Shown piece after piece: positions 1-9,199 of a stretch of 64,000 nucleotides of DNA (within the stretch, counting starts at the first letter, position 1; each line of letters begins with the position of its first letter). Below the pieces are notes generated by a model, which did not search any database, was not told the origin of the DNA, and was given only the letters and a program-made list of their open reading frames with translations. This DNA is from Lachnospiraceae bacterium UBA5895 (GTDB lineage: Bacteria > Bacillota > Clostridia > Lachnospirales > Lachnospiraceae), in the NCBI GenBank assembly GCA_002431915.1, contig DJEP01000026.1:9034-73033 (forward strand), given 5' to 3'. Position numbers and translations under genes: made by a program.

Positions 1-414
1 TTTCAGAAGAATCATGCAAAAAAATGTTCCCACTCCAAGCACCATACAGGTGCCCGGGAGGAATTTTCTACCTGCTGGTAAGCTTCGAAACACTGCTGCC
101 AGCACGCCTCCCATCAAAAAGGTAAAAAAGCACTGTTTTCTGAAATACAGCCAGAATCCTCCCATATTCCGTATGGGAAAAGCCACCCACAGCATGAGTC
201 CCGTCCCCGGCAAAAGGCACAGGAAGAGCTTTAAAAGCGCCGTTCCCTTCCATAAAAAAGGGAGCAGATAACATACCGCTCCGATTGCCGCCCCGGCTGT
301 CAGCCGGTACCACGTGGCAGTGTGGCAGGTACTGTGATCCACCAGGATCAGAAGTAACAGGTTCATGCCGAAGTTCAGGAGGAACAGGCTGTCAAAATAC
401 AGTTCATAATGCAT
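1..414 (-). CDS. spoIIGA: SpoIIGA-like sigma-E processing peptidase, N-terminal membrane part; gene runs off the left edge of the window
   Basis: Absent from the ORF track because no stop lies inside the window. Manual minus-strand translation from ATG at 412-414 (SD GAAGGAGGGG just upstream) gives MHYELYFDSLFLLNFGMNLLLLILVDH...FFTFLMGGVLAAV..., open to position 1. The multi-TM N-terminus resembles B. subtilis SpoIIGA (LLNF and FLMGG segments) by eye. Confidence 0.5.
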   Translation of the reverse strand, partial: MHYELYFDSLFLLNFGMNLLLLILVDHSTCHTATWYRLTAGAAIGAVCYLLPFLWKGTALLKLFLCLLPGTGLMLWVAFPIRNMGGFWLYFRKQCFFTFLMGGVLAAVFRSLPAGRKFLPGTCMVLGVGTFFCMILLK

Positions 415-494
415 CACACCCCTCCTTCAGAATTATTATAAGGGGTGTGGTCAGCAGATTTTGTCAAATTTTCACCCGCCGGAACCTTTTTCAT

Positions 495-2297
495 TCAGTT
501 ATTTTCGACAGCAGTATCTTCTGTCTTCTCCAGTCCCAGATAGGGCAAAATATTTTCATACAGCTGCCTGATAATAGGTGCCGCCACCTGTCCTCCGTAA
601 TAGACGCCCTGCGGATTATTGATGATGGCAATGGCAATGACCTCGGGATCATCCGCCGGTGCGAAGCCGATAAACGAGGAAATATAGCGTCCGCTTCCGC
701 GAGGCAGGGTCTGGCTGGTGGCGGTCTTGCCCCCGACCCGGAAGCCCTGCACCTGCCCGTTTCTGCCGGAGCCTTCCGCCACTACCATCTCGAGAATATA
801 GCGCATGGTGGCAGAAGTCTCCTCCGACAGGATCCCGGTACGCACCGGATAGAAATAAGTCTCTTCCACTTCCCCTTCCCGATTCAGTGCCTCGATGCCG
901 AAATGGGGTGTGATCCGATTGCCACCGTTGATAATGGAGGAAGCCGTAGTCAGAAGCTGGATCGCCGTGATCTGAAAGGACTGCCCGAACGCCACCGTCG
1001 CCAGTTCCACATTTCCCATGTTTTCTTTTTTATGCATGATCGTTGCCGCTTCTCCCGGCAGGTCCACACCGGTGCGCTGCTTTAAACCAAACTGTTCAAA
1101 ATAATGGTAGTAATTATCCACACCGAGGCGGAGCCCCACGGTAATGAGCGCCGGATTACAGCTGTTTTCCATGCACTGCACGAAGGTCTGGCTTCCATGA
1201 CCAGCGGTCTTATGACACCGGATCTTACGATCGTCCACGATGATAAATCCCGGGCAGGAAAAGTTGCTCTCCGGTGTCACCACCCCCGCTTGCAATCCGG
1301 CAGCCGCCGTAATAATCTTGAAAGTGGAGCCCGGTTCATAAGTATCGTTAATGCAGCCGTTTCTCCACATGGCATTTAATTTTTCCTGCTTCTGCTCGGC
1401 TGTAAGATGCCCGGGATCTGTCGTAAGGAGATTACCGTCTTCTGTCGTAACGGTCTCCACCGGCAGTGTGTAAGGGTCATTCAGATCAAACTCCGGGTAA
1501 TTGACCATCGCCAGAATCTCTCCGTTCTTCGGATTCATGGCAATGATATAGACACTGTCCGCCTCCTTGGCAGCACAAGCCTGTTCCGCCAGCTGTGTGG
1601 CATACTCCTGGATGTTTCTGTCCATGCTGATGCGAAGATCGCTCCCCGGCACCGGTTCCACCCGGCGTTCTCCTGCCGTGTCCACCTCGATCCCTTTGGC
1701 ATCCGTTACGGTTAATATCATGCCGGGCTCTCCCTTAAGGACTTCCTCATAGACCACTTCCAGTCCGATAATCCCCTGATTGTCGCCTCCGGTGAACCCC
1801 AATACTTTACTTGCCAGTTCTCCGTAAGGGTAATATCTCTTATAATCTTCATCCACTTTTACCCCCGCCAGATCATATTCCCGGATTCTGTCACCGACGG
1901 TCTTATCCACGTTACTTTTTACCCGCTCGATGGAGGAATATTTTTCCACCCGTTTCCTGGCTTCTTCCTCAGAGATCCCCAGCTCCTTTATCAGCATGGC
2001 AATGACCTGCTCGGGTTCTTCGATCTGGTTGTGAATCACGGATACGGTGCAGACTGTTTTATTATCCGCCAGCACGACGCCATTACGATCCAGAATCCTC
2101 CCTCTCGCCGCCTTGATGCTTCTCTCCCTCTCATGCAGTCTGGTGGCTGCTTCCGCATAATAATCCGCCCTCCATACCATCAGATACAAAAGTCGTCCCA
2201 GCAGCCCGCAGAAGACTGCCGTACATATAAAAAATATGGTCATGATCTTTTTGCGGTGAAAAAATCGATTCTGATGATCTGCCATAAAAAACCTCAC
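495..2297 (-). CDS. Class B penicillin-binding protein (FtsI/PBP2-type transpeptidase)
   Basis: 600-aa ORF with an N-terminal TM anchor. Transpeptidase motifs are STFK (GSTFKIITAAAG), SCN (ENSCNPAL) and KTAT (GGKTATSQ). It lies in the dcw cluster. Confidence 0.9.
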   Translation of the reverse strand: MRFFMADHQNRFFHRKKIMTIFFICTAVFCGLLGRLLYLMVWRADYYAEAATRLHERERSIKAARGRILDRNGVVLADNKTVCTVSVIHNQIEEPEQVIAMLIKELGISEEEARKRVEKYSSIERVKSNVDKTVGDRIREYDLAGVKVDEDYKRYYPYGELASKVLGFTGGDNQGIIGLEVVYEEVLKGEPGMILTVTDAKGIEVDTAGERRVEPVPGSDLRISMDRNIQEYATQLAEQACAAKEADSVYIIAMNPKNGEILAMVNYPEFDLNDPYTLPVETVTTEDGNLLTTDPGHLTAEQKQEKLNAMWRNGCINDTYEPGSTFKIITAAAGLQAGVVTPESNFSCPGFIIVDDRKIRCHKTAGHGSQTFVQCMENSCNPALITVGLRLGVDNYYHYFEQFGLKQRTGVDLPGEAATIMHKKENMGNVELATVAFGQSFQITAIQLLTTASSIINGGNRITPHFGIEALNREGEVEETYFYPVRTGILSEETSATMRYILEMVVAEGSGRNGQVQGFRVGGKTATSQTLPRGSGRYISSFIGFAPADDPEVIAIAIINNPQGVYYGGQVAAPIIRQLYENILPYLGLEKTEDTAVENN

Positions 2298-2358
2298 CCT
2301 GGAGCTTTTTACATTTTATGGCTCCAAAGGTGAGGCTATTCGTTCCATGAATGGCTAT

Positions 2359-4617
2359 TTATTCATTTTGCTGATTCAGCAGATTATTGTTCACCGGGCT
2401 GTCACCCAGGGTATCGTCTCCGCCGACGTCCGCTCCCGTAACGGGATCAATCAGACCGCCGTCGATCGGGCTTATCAGATACCCGGTAGTGGGATCCACA
2501 GGGTAATTTCTCCAGTCCTCAGAAGTTGTGGTAGAATCTTCTCCCTCTCCGGTTCCGGTGTTCTCTCCGCCCGTCTGGTTTGTGGGATCAGAAGCGGTAT
2601 CTGTTCCGTCATCGCTTGTCTGAGTATCTCCGTCTTCCGGTTTCTGGGTATACTGATTCGTAATCTCAATCTGCTTCTCTGCCAGTTCCTGAATCTCTTT
2701 ATCGGACAATTCCTCTGTCATGAAGATGTTCAGGTAAGGCAGCACTTCTGTCAATACATTTCTTACAATACCGGTGGCAAACTTTGCATCATCCTGCGGA
2801 GATGCATTGGCACGATCCACGACCACATAAATGGCGATCTGGGGATCATCCGCCGGTGCATATCCCATAAAGGATACGACATATTCACCGTTTTTACGGG
2901 GAATGGTCTCTGCGGTACCGGTTTTGCCGCCGATGGCGTAACCTGCGGGTCTTGCGGTTCTACCGGTTCTGCGGTCGCCACCCTCTTCCATAACAGTAGC
3001 GCGGCAATACTGTCTGATCTTCGCCGAGGTACTCTCGGAGATGGTCTGCCGCAGAACTCTGGGCTCAATGTTTTCCACCGTTGCTCCGCTGGAATTGGTG
3101 ATCTTATCCACCATGTGCGGCTCATAATAATATCCACCGTTGATCAGAGAGCAAAATCCCGTGATCATCTGGATCATTGTCACATTGAAGTTCTGTCCGA
3201 AACTGTTTGTCGCCAGATCGGCACTGCCCATCTGTTCCACCGGGAATAAAAGGCTGGCGGTTCTCGCTTCTCCGGCAAGGTCTATATTGGTCTTTAATCC
3301 GAAATTAAAGGTCTGCTGGAATTTGGAAAATTCCTCTTTGCCCAAGGTAGCTGCGATCTTCATCAGTGCCACGTTGCAGGACCAGGCGATGGAATCCTGT
3401 ACGGACACATCACCTTCACCGCCGGAACGGTAGCTGTGACATTTGATCGTATGCCCGCCGACTTCCAGAGAACCGTTACACTGATAATGCTCGTTGCCGG
3501 TGATGGCTCCGCTCTCCAGTGCCGCTGCCACAGTAAAAGGCTTCGCCGTAGAACCCGGCTCGTAAGTGGTGGAGATACAGTAGTTCTTCCACAGATAGTT
3601 CAGATTATCCAACAACTCTTCATCCGTCAGGGCATCGATATCTTCCTGGGTAAAATAAGTATCTGTCTTCGTCAGTACCTGGTAACCGTTGGCATTGGTC
3701 ACCATCTCGATCTTACGGGATCCCAGCAGTGCATCCGTGTTTCTGGTATCGTTCAGATCATAAGTCGGATAACTTGCCATGGCTAAAATATTACCGGTAT
3801 TGACTTCCATAATGATGCAGCCTACATTTTCCGCACCGTTGCCGGGGTGTACCGCATCCTTATGCTCGTCGTTAAACTGCTTCAGATATTTCTCCACGAT
3901 TCCCTGAATATTGGCATCGATGGTACTGTGTATGGTATTGCCGTCCACTGCCGGTTTGATGGTGCGCTCCAGGTTGGCATCATCGTTCAAATAGCCATAC
4001 TCTCTGCCGGTCGTTCCATTCAGGACATCGTTGTAATACTCTTCCAGTCCGTACTGTCCCTCGTTGTCCGATCTGGCGAATCCGATGACATCCGCCGCCA
4101 GAGATCCGTTGGGATAGACTCTCTTGTATTCTTCTTCAAACCAGACGCCCCTGATATTGCTGTCCTCCAGCGCAGCTGCCTGAAATCCGCTGATCTGGTC
4201 ATAAGTCATTCTCCGAAGAGGCACATACCAGGAAGATTCGGGATGGGATGTCACATACTGTCGCACTGCCGTCATATCCAGATCCGGGAAATTCGCAGAC
4301 AGCGCTTCCATGGTGGGTTCCAGATAATCATCCCGATCCAGCATTACCCTTGCATCGATGACCAGGTTATACACCTTTTCACTGACTGCCAGTTTCGTTC
4401 CCTTGGCGTCCACGATGTCTCCTCGGCGGAACGGCAGGGTGATGGAATCGTACTTTTGCTGGGAAAGCACCTGCTTCTCGTAGGCAGCTCCGTCCGCCCT
4501 CACGATCCATGACAGACGAAACGACAGCAGAATAAATGCCAGTATAATCAATGCATACAGACATAGCAGTTTCTTCTGCATTTTGATACTAAATTTCTTG
4601 GGGTTCTTTTCCTTCAC
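2359..4617 (-). CDS. Class B penicillin-binding protein (FtsI/SpoVD-like) with a long low-complexity C-terminal tail
   Basis: 752-aa ORF with a TM anchor. Motifs are STAK (PGSTAKPFTV), SCN (AWSCNVAL) and KTGT (GGKTGTAE). It directly follows the ftsL-like gene. Confidence 0.9.
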   Translation of the reverse strand: MKEKNPKKFSIKMQKKLLCLYALIILAFILLSFRLSWIVRADGAAYEKQVLSQQKYDSITLPFRRGDIVDAKGTKLAVSEKVYNLVIDARVMLDRDDYLEPTMEALSANFPDLDMTAVRQYVTSHPESSWYVPLRRMTYDQISGFQAAALEDSNIRGVWFEEEYKRVYPNGSLAADVIGFARSDNEGQYGLEEYYNDVLNGTTGREYGYLNDDANLERTIKPAVDGNTIHSTIDANIQGIVEKYLKQFNDEHKDAVHPGNGAENVGCIIMEVNTGNILAMASYPTYDLNDTRNTDALLGSRKIEMVTNANGYQVLTKTDTYFTQEDIDALTDEELLDNLNYLWKNYCISTTYEPGSTAKPFTVAAALESGAITGNEHYQCNGSLEVGGHTIKCHSYRSGGEGDVSVQDSIAWSCNVALMKIAATLGKEEFSKFQQTFNFGLKTNIDLAGEARTASLLFPVEQMGSADLATNSFGQNFNVTMIQMITGFCSLINGGYYYEPHMVDKITNSSGATVENIEPRVLRQTISESTSAKIRQYCRATVMEEGGDRRTGRTARPAGYAIGGKTGTAETIPRKNGEYVVSFMGYAPADDPQIAIYVVVDRANASPQDDAKFATGIVRNVLTEVLPYLNIFMTEELSDKEIQELAEKQIEITNQYTQKPEDGDTQTSDDGTDTASDPTNQTGGENTGTGEGEDSTTTSEDWRNYPVDPTTGYLISPIDGGLIDPVTGADVGGDDTLGDSPVNNNLLNQQNE

Positions 4618-4635
4618 ACATTCTGCCTCCCGGGC

Positions 4636-5085
4636 TTACTTCTGACTGTTATCTGCCTGACGCATATAATCGTTGCTGATGCTTTCATAGGGGATCACCT
4701 GACCTTCGGTAGCATAGGTCATTCCCAGTTCACCGATGGCGATCCGCTTAATTTCTTCCAGATTGATGCTGCTGGTGATACGGCTGTACTCCTCATCGTT
4801 GGACAATTTCAGAGAGTTCAGTTCACTTTCCATCCTGGATACTTCTGCGATCTTCGTGGTCAGCTGCGACTGCATCTGGATATAATTCACCAGGAAAAAT
4901 GCGCATGCCACCAGGGCCGCCATTAGAAAAGTCACATAGCCGATGCTCATATGTCTTGCTTTTTCTCTGTTTTTTCTCGTCTCATGAGACAGTTGTCTCC
5001 GGGGCTCTTCCAATTGTCTCCGGATCTGTAAGTCTCTTGCTGTATTATCATATATGTATGGGGTATTACTTCTTCTCTGTGCCAT
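4636..5085 (-). CDS. ftsL: FtsL-like cell division protein (bitopic, coiled-coil)
   Basis: 149 aa with a single TM (VTFLMAALVACAFFLVNYI) followed by a short coiled-coil. The position between rsmH and the PBP gene is canonical for ftsL. Confidence 0.65.
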   Translation of the reverse strand: MAQRRSNTPYIYDNTARDLQIRRQLEEPRRQLSHETRKNREKARHMSIGYVTFLMAALVACAFFLVNYIQMQSQLTTKIAEVSRMESELNSLKLSNDEEYSRITSSINLEEIKRIAIGELGMTYATEGQVIPYESISNDYMRQADNSQK

Positions 5086-5124
5086 ACTTTGTTCCCACTT
5101 TCACTGATTAAATCTTTAAATTCT

Positions 5125-6063
5125 TTATTTCTTTTCGAACACGCGTAACTTTGCGCTCTTGGACCTGCTGTTTGCTTCCAGTTCTTCCGCACTTGGAAGA
5201 ATCGGTTTCCTGGTGATCACCTTTCCCTTGGAGACCTTACCGCATACACACACCGGGAATTCCGGAGGACAGGTGCAGGGATTCTCATTCCTGCGGAACG
5301 CATTTTTCACGATCCGGTCTTCCAGGGAATGGAAAGTGATGATACAGAACCTTCCGCCGGGATTCAACAGATCGATCAGCTCGTCCAACGCCTTTTTCAG
5401 TACTTCCAGTTCCTGATTGCACTCAATGCGAATTGCCTGGAATGTCTGCTTGGAAGGATGTCCGTTCTGCCGCATCTTCGCCGGAACTGCGGCTTTGATG
5501 ATCTCATTTAATTCAAAGGTAGTCTCAATGGGCTTGTCCACCCTTTTTTTTACAATATGTTTCGCAATGTTTTTTGCGAAAGGATCTTCGCCGTAATCCC
5601 GGATGATATGATACAGTTCCATCTCGGAATAATTGTTCACGATGTCTCTCGCCGTCAGTGTCTGCCTGCGATCCATCCGCATGTCCAGCGGCGCATCAAA
5701 ACGATAGGAAAATCCTCTGTCTTCGGTATCTAACTGGTAGGAAGAGACTCCCAGATCCAGCACGATGCCGTCCACCCCGGTGACTCCGTATTCTCTGAGG
5801 GCTTCCACCGCATTCACGTAATTGTTGCGGATCACCGTCACTTTATCTCCAAAGCATCGCAGTCTCTCCGATGCCGCCGCGATCGCCGCGTCATCCTGAT
5901 CGATTCCGTAGAAATGTCCGTTCTGTAAGCGGCTGCACACTTCATAAGCATGTCCGCCGCCACCTAAGGTTCCGTCCACATAGATGCCGTCCGGTCTGAT
6001 ATTCAGTTGTTCGATGGTCTCATGCAACATCACAGAATAATGATTAAATTCCACGACGGTCAT
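5125..6063 (-). CDS. rsmH: 16S rRNA (cytosine1402-N4)-methyltransferase RsmH (MraW)
   Basis: 312 aa with the SAM-binding segment [12 protein letters not shown]. It sits immediately downstream of mraZ. Confidence 0.95.
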   Translation of the reverse strand: MTVVEFNHYSVMLHETIEQLNIRPDGIYVDGTLGGGGHAYEVCSRLQNGHFYGIDQDDAAIAAASERLRCFGDKVTVIRNNYVNAVEALREYGVTGVDGIVLDLGVSSYQLDTEDRGFSYRFDAPLDMRMDRRQTLTARDIVNNYSEMELYHIIRDYGEDPFAKNIAKHIVKKRVDKPIETTFELNEIIKAAVPAKMRQNGHPSKQTFQAIRIECNQELEVLKKALDELIDLLNPGGRFCIITFHSLEDRIVKNAFRRNENPCTCPPEFPVCVCGKVSKGKVITRKPILPSAEELEANSRSKSAKLRVFEKK

Positions 6064-6106
6064 CCTTTCCTGCTTCTTTTAAATCTACTTCTTTTAAATC
6101 TGCTTT

Positions 6107-6538
6107 TTAAATGGTCAGTCCCAGTCCTTCCATGGCACCGGTGATCTCATCCATATCCGCATCGGAGTTCATATCCTCCCACTTGTCCTTGCTCCAGATC
6201 TCCACGCGGCTGCCGACTCCGACTAACACCACATCTTTTTCCAGTCCGGCGAATTCTCGCAAGTGTGCCGGCAACAGGATTCTTCCCTGCTTGTCCACTT
6301 CCACTGTAGCCGCACCGGCTAAGAAGAAACGGGCGAATTGTCTTGCTTCCTTATTGATCAGAGGTAATGAGGTCAGCTTCTGTTCAAAAGCATTCCAGTC
6401 ATCGCCTGCATACACAAATAAGCAGCCATCCATTCCCTTGGAAATCACAAATTCCTCGCCTAAAGTCTCTCGGAATTTTGCCGGAATGATCAACCTGCCT
6501 TTCGTATCTAACGTATGGTTGTACTCGCTCATAAACAT
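6107..6538 (-). CDS. mraZ: Transcriptional regulator MraZ
   Basis: Two SpoVT/AbrB-like halves are present (DTKGRLIIPAKFR and DKQGRILLPAHLR). I place the start at the MFMSEYNH methionine (6538, SD-like GGTGGTGAG upstream). The ORF track start at 6553 is the alternative. Confidence 0.9.
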   Translation of the reverse strand: MFMSEYNHTLDTKGRLIIPAKFRETLGEEFVISKGMDGCLFVYAGDDWNAFEQKLTSLPLINKEARQFARFFLAGAATVEVDKQGRILLPAHLREFAGLEKDVVLVGVGSRVEIWSKDKWEDMNSDADMDEITGAMEGLGLTI

Positions 6539-6603
6539 CGCACTCACCACCATTCATCCAAAAGGGGACTGCCACGAAAAAGGAGGTCAATTTTTCAAAA
6601 ATC

Positions 6604-6643
6604 TACCACTTTGTGGCACTTGCCTCCACTTTCTCCCACTTTT
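6604..6643 (-). promoter_or_regulatory. Candidate MraZ operator: four AAAGTGG-type boxes at 10-bp phasing
   Basis: The minus strand reads GTGGGAGAAA GTGGAGGCAA GTGCCACAAA GTGGTAGATT, about 65 nt upstream of the mraZ start. Confidence 0.6.
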
Positions 6644-6762
6644 ATTATGATTTTATACTAAAATAGGGTATTTTACAAGAGAAATCAAGTGGCTTTTTTC
6701 GACAGCGGAATCAAAATGAGCGCCCCGTCCTACGACAAAAGCGCTTTTTCCACTATATGTGG

Positions 6763-6804
6763 CAAAAAAATAAGAGCAAACACAATATCTATGTATTTGC
6801 TCTT
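6763..6804 (-). terminator. Intrinsic terminator downstream of lgt
   Basis: 9-bp stem AAGAGCAAA/TTTGCTCTT (6772-6780 / 6796-6804) followed on the minus strand by a run of U (plus-strand A-run 6764-6770). Confidence 0.55.
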
Positions 6805-6837
6805 GCTTCGTTATTCTTAAAAATTTTTAAATTTTTT

Positions 6838-6990
6838 CAACTATTCAGCACTCCATTCGCAAAATCGCTCTTTCAGAGCTTACTTTTTGCTCATGTGGTT
6901 ACTTCGCCATATAAATTCTGTCAAATGTCCTTACGAATGCAAGCATTCGACGTGCATGTTGACATAATTTGCATGGCTCTGAATAGTTAC
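6838..6990. repeat. Copy A (composite) of the AACTATTCAG-terminus intergenic repeat family
   Basis: Starts CAACTATTCAGCACTCC and ends GGCTCTGAATAGTTAC. The right 85 nt align with the reverse complement of copy C. The left 45 nt align with half copies D and E. The lgt stop codon lies inside the right terminus. Confidence 0.75.
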
Positions 6991-7865
6991 AAATTATTTT
7001 CCACTTTCGGCTGTTTTTTCAGGCGGATACGTACCACAATGTCCGTCACCACCGCAAAAATCACCATACACAGAGATAACACCTGGGATACCGCAATGGT
7101 AGTACCGGGAATAAAGAGGGTATCGGTACGGATACCTTCGATCCAGAATCTTCCCAGTCCATAACCTCCGAAATATAGCAGGCAGATCTCTCCCCGGAAC
7201 TTCTTATGCTTACGATATACCAGCATAATGATCAGAACCGCCAGATTCCACAGGCTCTCATAGAGGAATGTGGGATGTACCTGAATATAATTGGTTCCTT
7301 CCAGAATATGCGCCGCCACATTTTCCGAGATATCCCGGCTGCGTACGGCCTCGATGGGAAGTCTCATCGCCAGAATATTATCTGTATACTCCCCAAATAC
7401 TTCGCGGTTCATGAAATTGCCCCAGCGTCCGATGACCTGTCCCAGGATCAGTCCCGGCACACAGAGATCACCCAGCTGAAAGGGATTGATTTTCTTGATC
7501 TTACAATAGATAAACAGTGTCAGAAATGCCCCGATTACTCCACCGTAGATGGCCATTCCTCCGTTTCTGGTATTGAAGATACTCAGCAGATTGTCCTTGT
7601 AGTAGTCCCAGGCAAAGATCACATAATAGAGCCGGGCACCGATCACAGAGAAAATCACCGCATAAATTGCAAAATCCCAAATCATATCCGGATTCTCCCC
7701 GGCCACCTTCGCTTCGTGTACCGCCATCAGAATACCGGCCAGTACACCGATTCCGATGATCAGTCCGTAAAAAGCGATCTCAAAACCGAATACGGTAAAG
7801 CTTCTGGGAACATTTTCCAGATAAATACCCAGATGGGGAAATGCAATATCTCCTGCATTCATCAT
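6987..7865 (-). CDS. lgt: Prolipoprotein diacylglyceryl transferase
   Basis: Polytopic membrane protein with the Lgt-type segment GRWGNFMNRE. Start placed at MMNAGDIAFP (7865, SD AAAGGA). The ORF track extension to 7952 runs into a mobile-element-like palindrome. Confidence 0.9.
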   Translation of the reverse strand: MMNAGDIAFPHLGIYLENVPRSFTVFGFEIAFYGLIIGIGVLAGILMAVHEAKVAGENPDMIWDFAIYAVIFSVIGARLYYVIFAWDYYKDNLLSIFNTRNGGMAIYGGVIGAFLTLFIYCKIKKINPFQLGDLCVPGLILGQVIGRWGNFMNREVFGEYTDNILAMRLPIEAVRSRDISENVAAHILEGTNYIQVHPTFLYESLWNLAVLIIMLVYRKHKKFRGEICLLYFGGYGLGRFWIEGIRTDTLFIPGTTIAVSQVLSLCMVIFAVVTDIVVRIRLKKQPKVENNL

Positions 7866-7938
7866 AATATTTATATCCTTTCTTAGTACTACTCGGCTTC
7901 TACGCGTTTCGCGCTCCCGGATCTTAGTATTATACATT

Positions 7939-8051
7939 GATGTTGGGGTCAAAAACCCCCGACTTTGATGCTCATATCGGGACGGGTCCTAAGGTCTTTC
8001 ACCCACCTATGAGCAAGCTCATGTGGGTTTAGACCTTTTGACCCTGGCATC
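7939..8051. mobile_element. 113-bp MITE-like element with 14-bp imperfect terminal inverted repeats and a 7-bp flanking direct repeat
   Basis: GATGTTGGGGTCAA (7939-7952) is inverted relative to TTGACCCTGGCATC (8038-8051). ATACATT occurs directly outside both ends (7932-7938 and 8052-8058). An internal hairpin is ACCCACCTATGAGC-AA-GCTCATGTGGGT. Confidence 0.55.
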
Positions 8052-9147
8052 ATACATTAAAACGGAAAAGAATTACATCGCCATCCTGCACCACATAATC
8101 CTTGCCTTCCATGCCGACCAGACCTTTCTCACGGGCAGCTGCCAGAGACCCCTGCTCTAAGAGATCCTTGTAATTCACAACTTCTGCCTTGATGAAACCT
8201 CTCTCGAAATCGGAGTGGATCTTACCGGCTGCCTGAGGCGCCTTGGTACCGATCTTAATGGTCCATGCTCTGGTCTCATCCTCACCTGCGGTCAGGAAAC
8301 TCATCAGTCCCAGGATGTGATAACTTGCCTTGATCAGCTTCTCCAGACCGGATTCCTTTAATCCCAGATCATCTAAGAACATTGCCTTCTCATCATCGTC
8401 CAGCTCAGAGATCTCTTCCTCGATCTGTGCACAGATCACGAATACTTCGCTATTCTCACTTGCTGCGAACTCTCGAACTTTGCCCACCATCTCGTTGGAT
8501 GCTCCGTCGTCTGCCAGATCGTCCTCGGATACATTTGCCGCATAGATCACAGGCTTGTAGGTCAGCAGATTGTATTCCTTTAACAGTGCCAGTTCATCCT
8601 CATCGGTGACTTCCAGGCTCTTCGCCATCTTGCCACTCTCCAGATGCTCCTTGATCCGCTCTAAGAGTGCCAGCTCCTTGGCATAGGTCTTGTCCATTCT
8701 GGCAGCCTTGACTACCTTGGACAGTCTTCTCTCCAGTACTTCCAGATCTGCGAAGATCAACTCCAGATTGATGGTCTCGATGTCGCGCAGAGGGTTTACA
8801 CTGCCGTCTACGTGGATGACATTGGGATCCTCGAAACATCTTACCACATGTACGATGGCATCCACTTCACGAATGTTGCTTAAGAACTGGTTGCCCAGTC
8901 CTTCACCCTTGGAGGCACCCTTTACCAGACCTGCGATATCTACGAATTCGATGACTGCGGGAGTTACCTTCTTAGAATGGTACATCTCGCCCAGTGCCTT
9001 TAATCTGTCGTCCGGAACTGTTACCACACCTACGTTAGGGTCGATGGTACAGAAAGGATAGTTGGCAGATTCCGCTCCTGCCTTGGTCAGGGAATTGAAA
9101 AGTGTACTCTTTCCCACATTGGGAAGACCTACGATACCCAGTTTCAT
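8050..9147 (-). CDS. ychF: Ribosome-binding ATPase YchF
   Basis: 365 aa with G1 motif [12 protein letters not shown], and full-length collinearity with the YchF/OLA1 family by eye. Confidence 0.95.
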   Translation of the reverse strand: MKLGIVGLPNVGKSTLFNSLTKAGAESANYPFCTIDPNVGVVTVPDDRLKALGEMYHSKKVTPAVIEFVDIAGLVKGASKGEGLGNQFLSNIREVDAIVHVVRCFEDPNVIHVDGSVNPLRDIETINLELIFADLEVLERRLSKVVKAARMDKTYAKELALLERIKEHLESGKMAKSLEVTDEDELALLKEYNLLTYKPVIYAANVSEDDLADDGASNEMVGKVREFAASENSEVFVICAQIEEEISELDDDEKAMFLDDLGLKESGLEKLIKASYHILGLMSFLTAGEDETRAWTIKIGTKAPQAAGKIHSDFERGFIKAEVVNYKDLLEQGSLAAAREKGLVGMEGKDYVVQDGDVILFRFNV

Positions 9148-9199
9148 GATTTATTTACCGTTCAGAAACCTTCCGGTTTACTGCCTTTCTTTTTGTTTC

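Noticed and set aside
285-1085. 266-aa plus-strand ORF (and the similar ORFs 1104-1379, 1407-1715, 2031-2333)
   Set aside because: These lie entirely antisense to the well-supported PBP gene. Their translations are low-complexity and Arg/Ser/Gly/Cys-rich with no SD, so they are typical shadow ORFs.
2347-3249. 300-aa plus-strand ORF, plus 3847-4512
   Set aside because: Both are antisense to the 752-aa PBP gene, which carries all three transpeptidase motifs. No independent signals support them.
7866-7952. N-terminal 29-residue extension of the lgt ORF (MTPTSMYNTKIRERETRR...)
   Set aside because: The extension is translated from the upstream spacer and the edge of the MITE-like palindrome, and it lacks an SD. 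The internal MMNAGD start has AAAGGA upstream and matches normal Lgt N-termini.
7940-8032. 30-codon plus-strand ORF inside the MITE-like element (MLGSKTPDFDAHIGTGPKVFHPPMSKLMWV)
   Set aside because: It has no SD or promoter and lies wholly within an inverted-repeat element, so it is most likely fortuitous.
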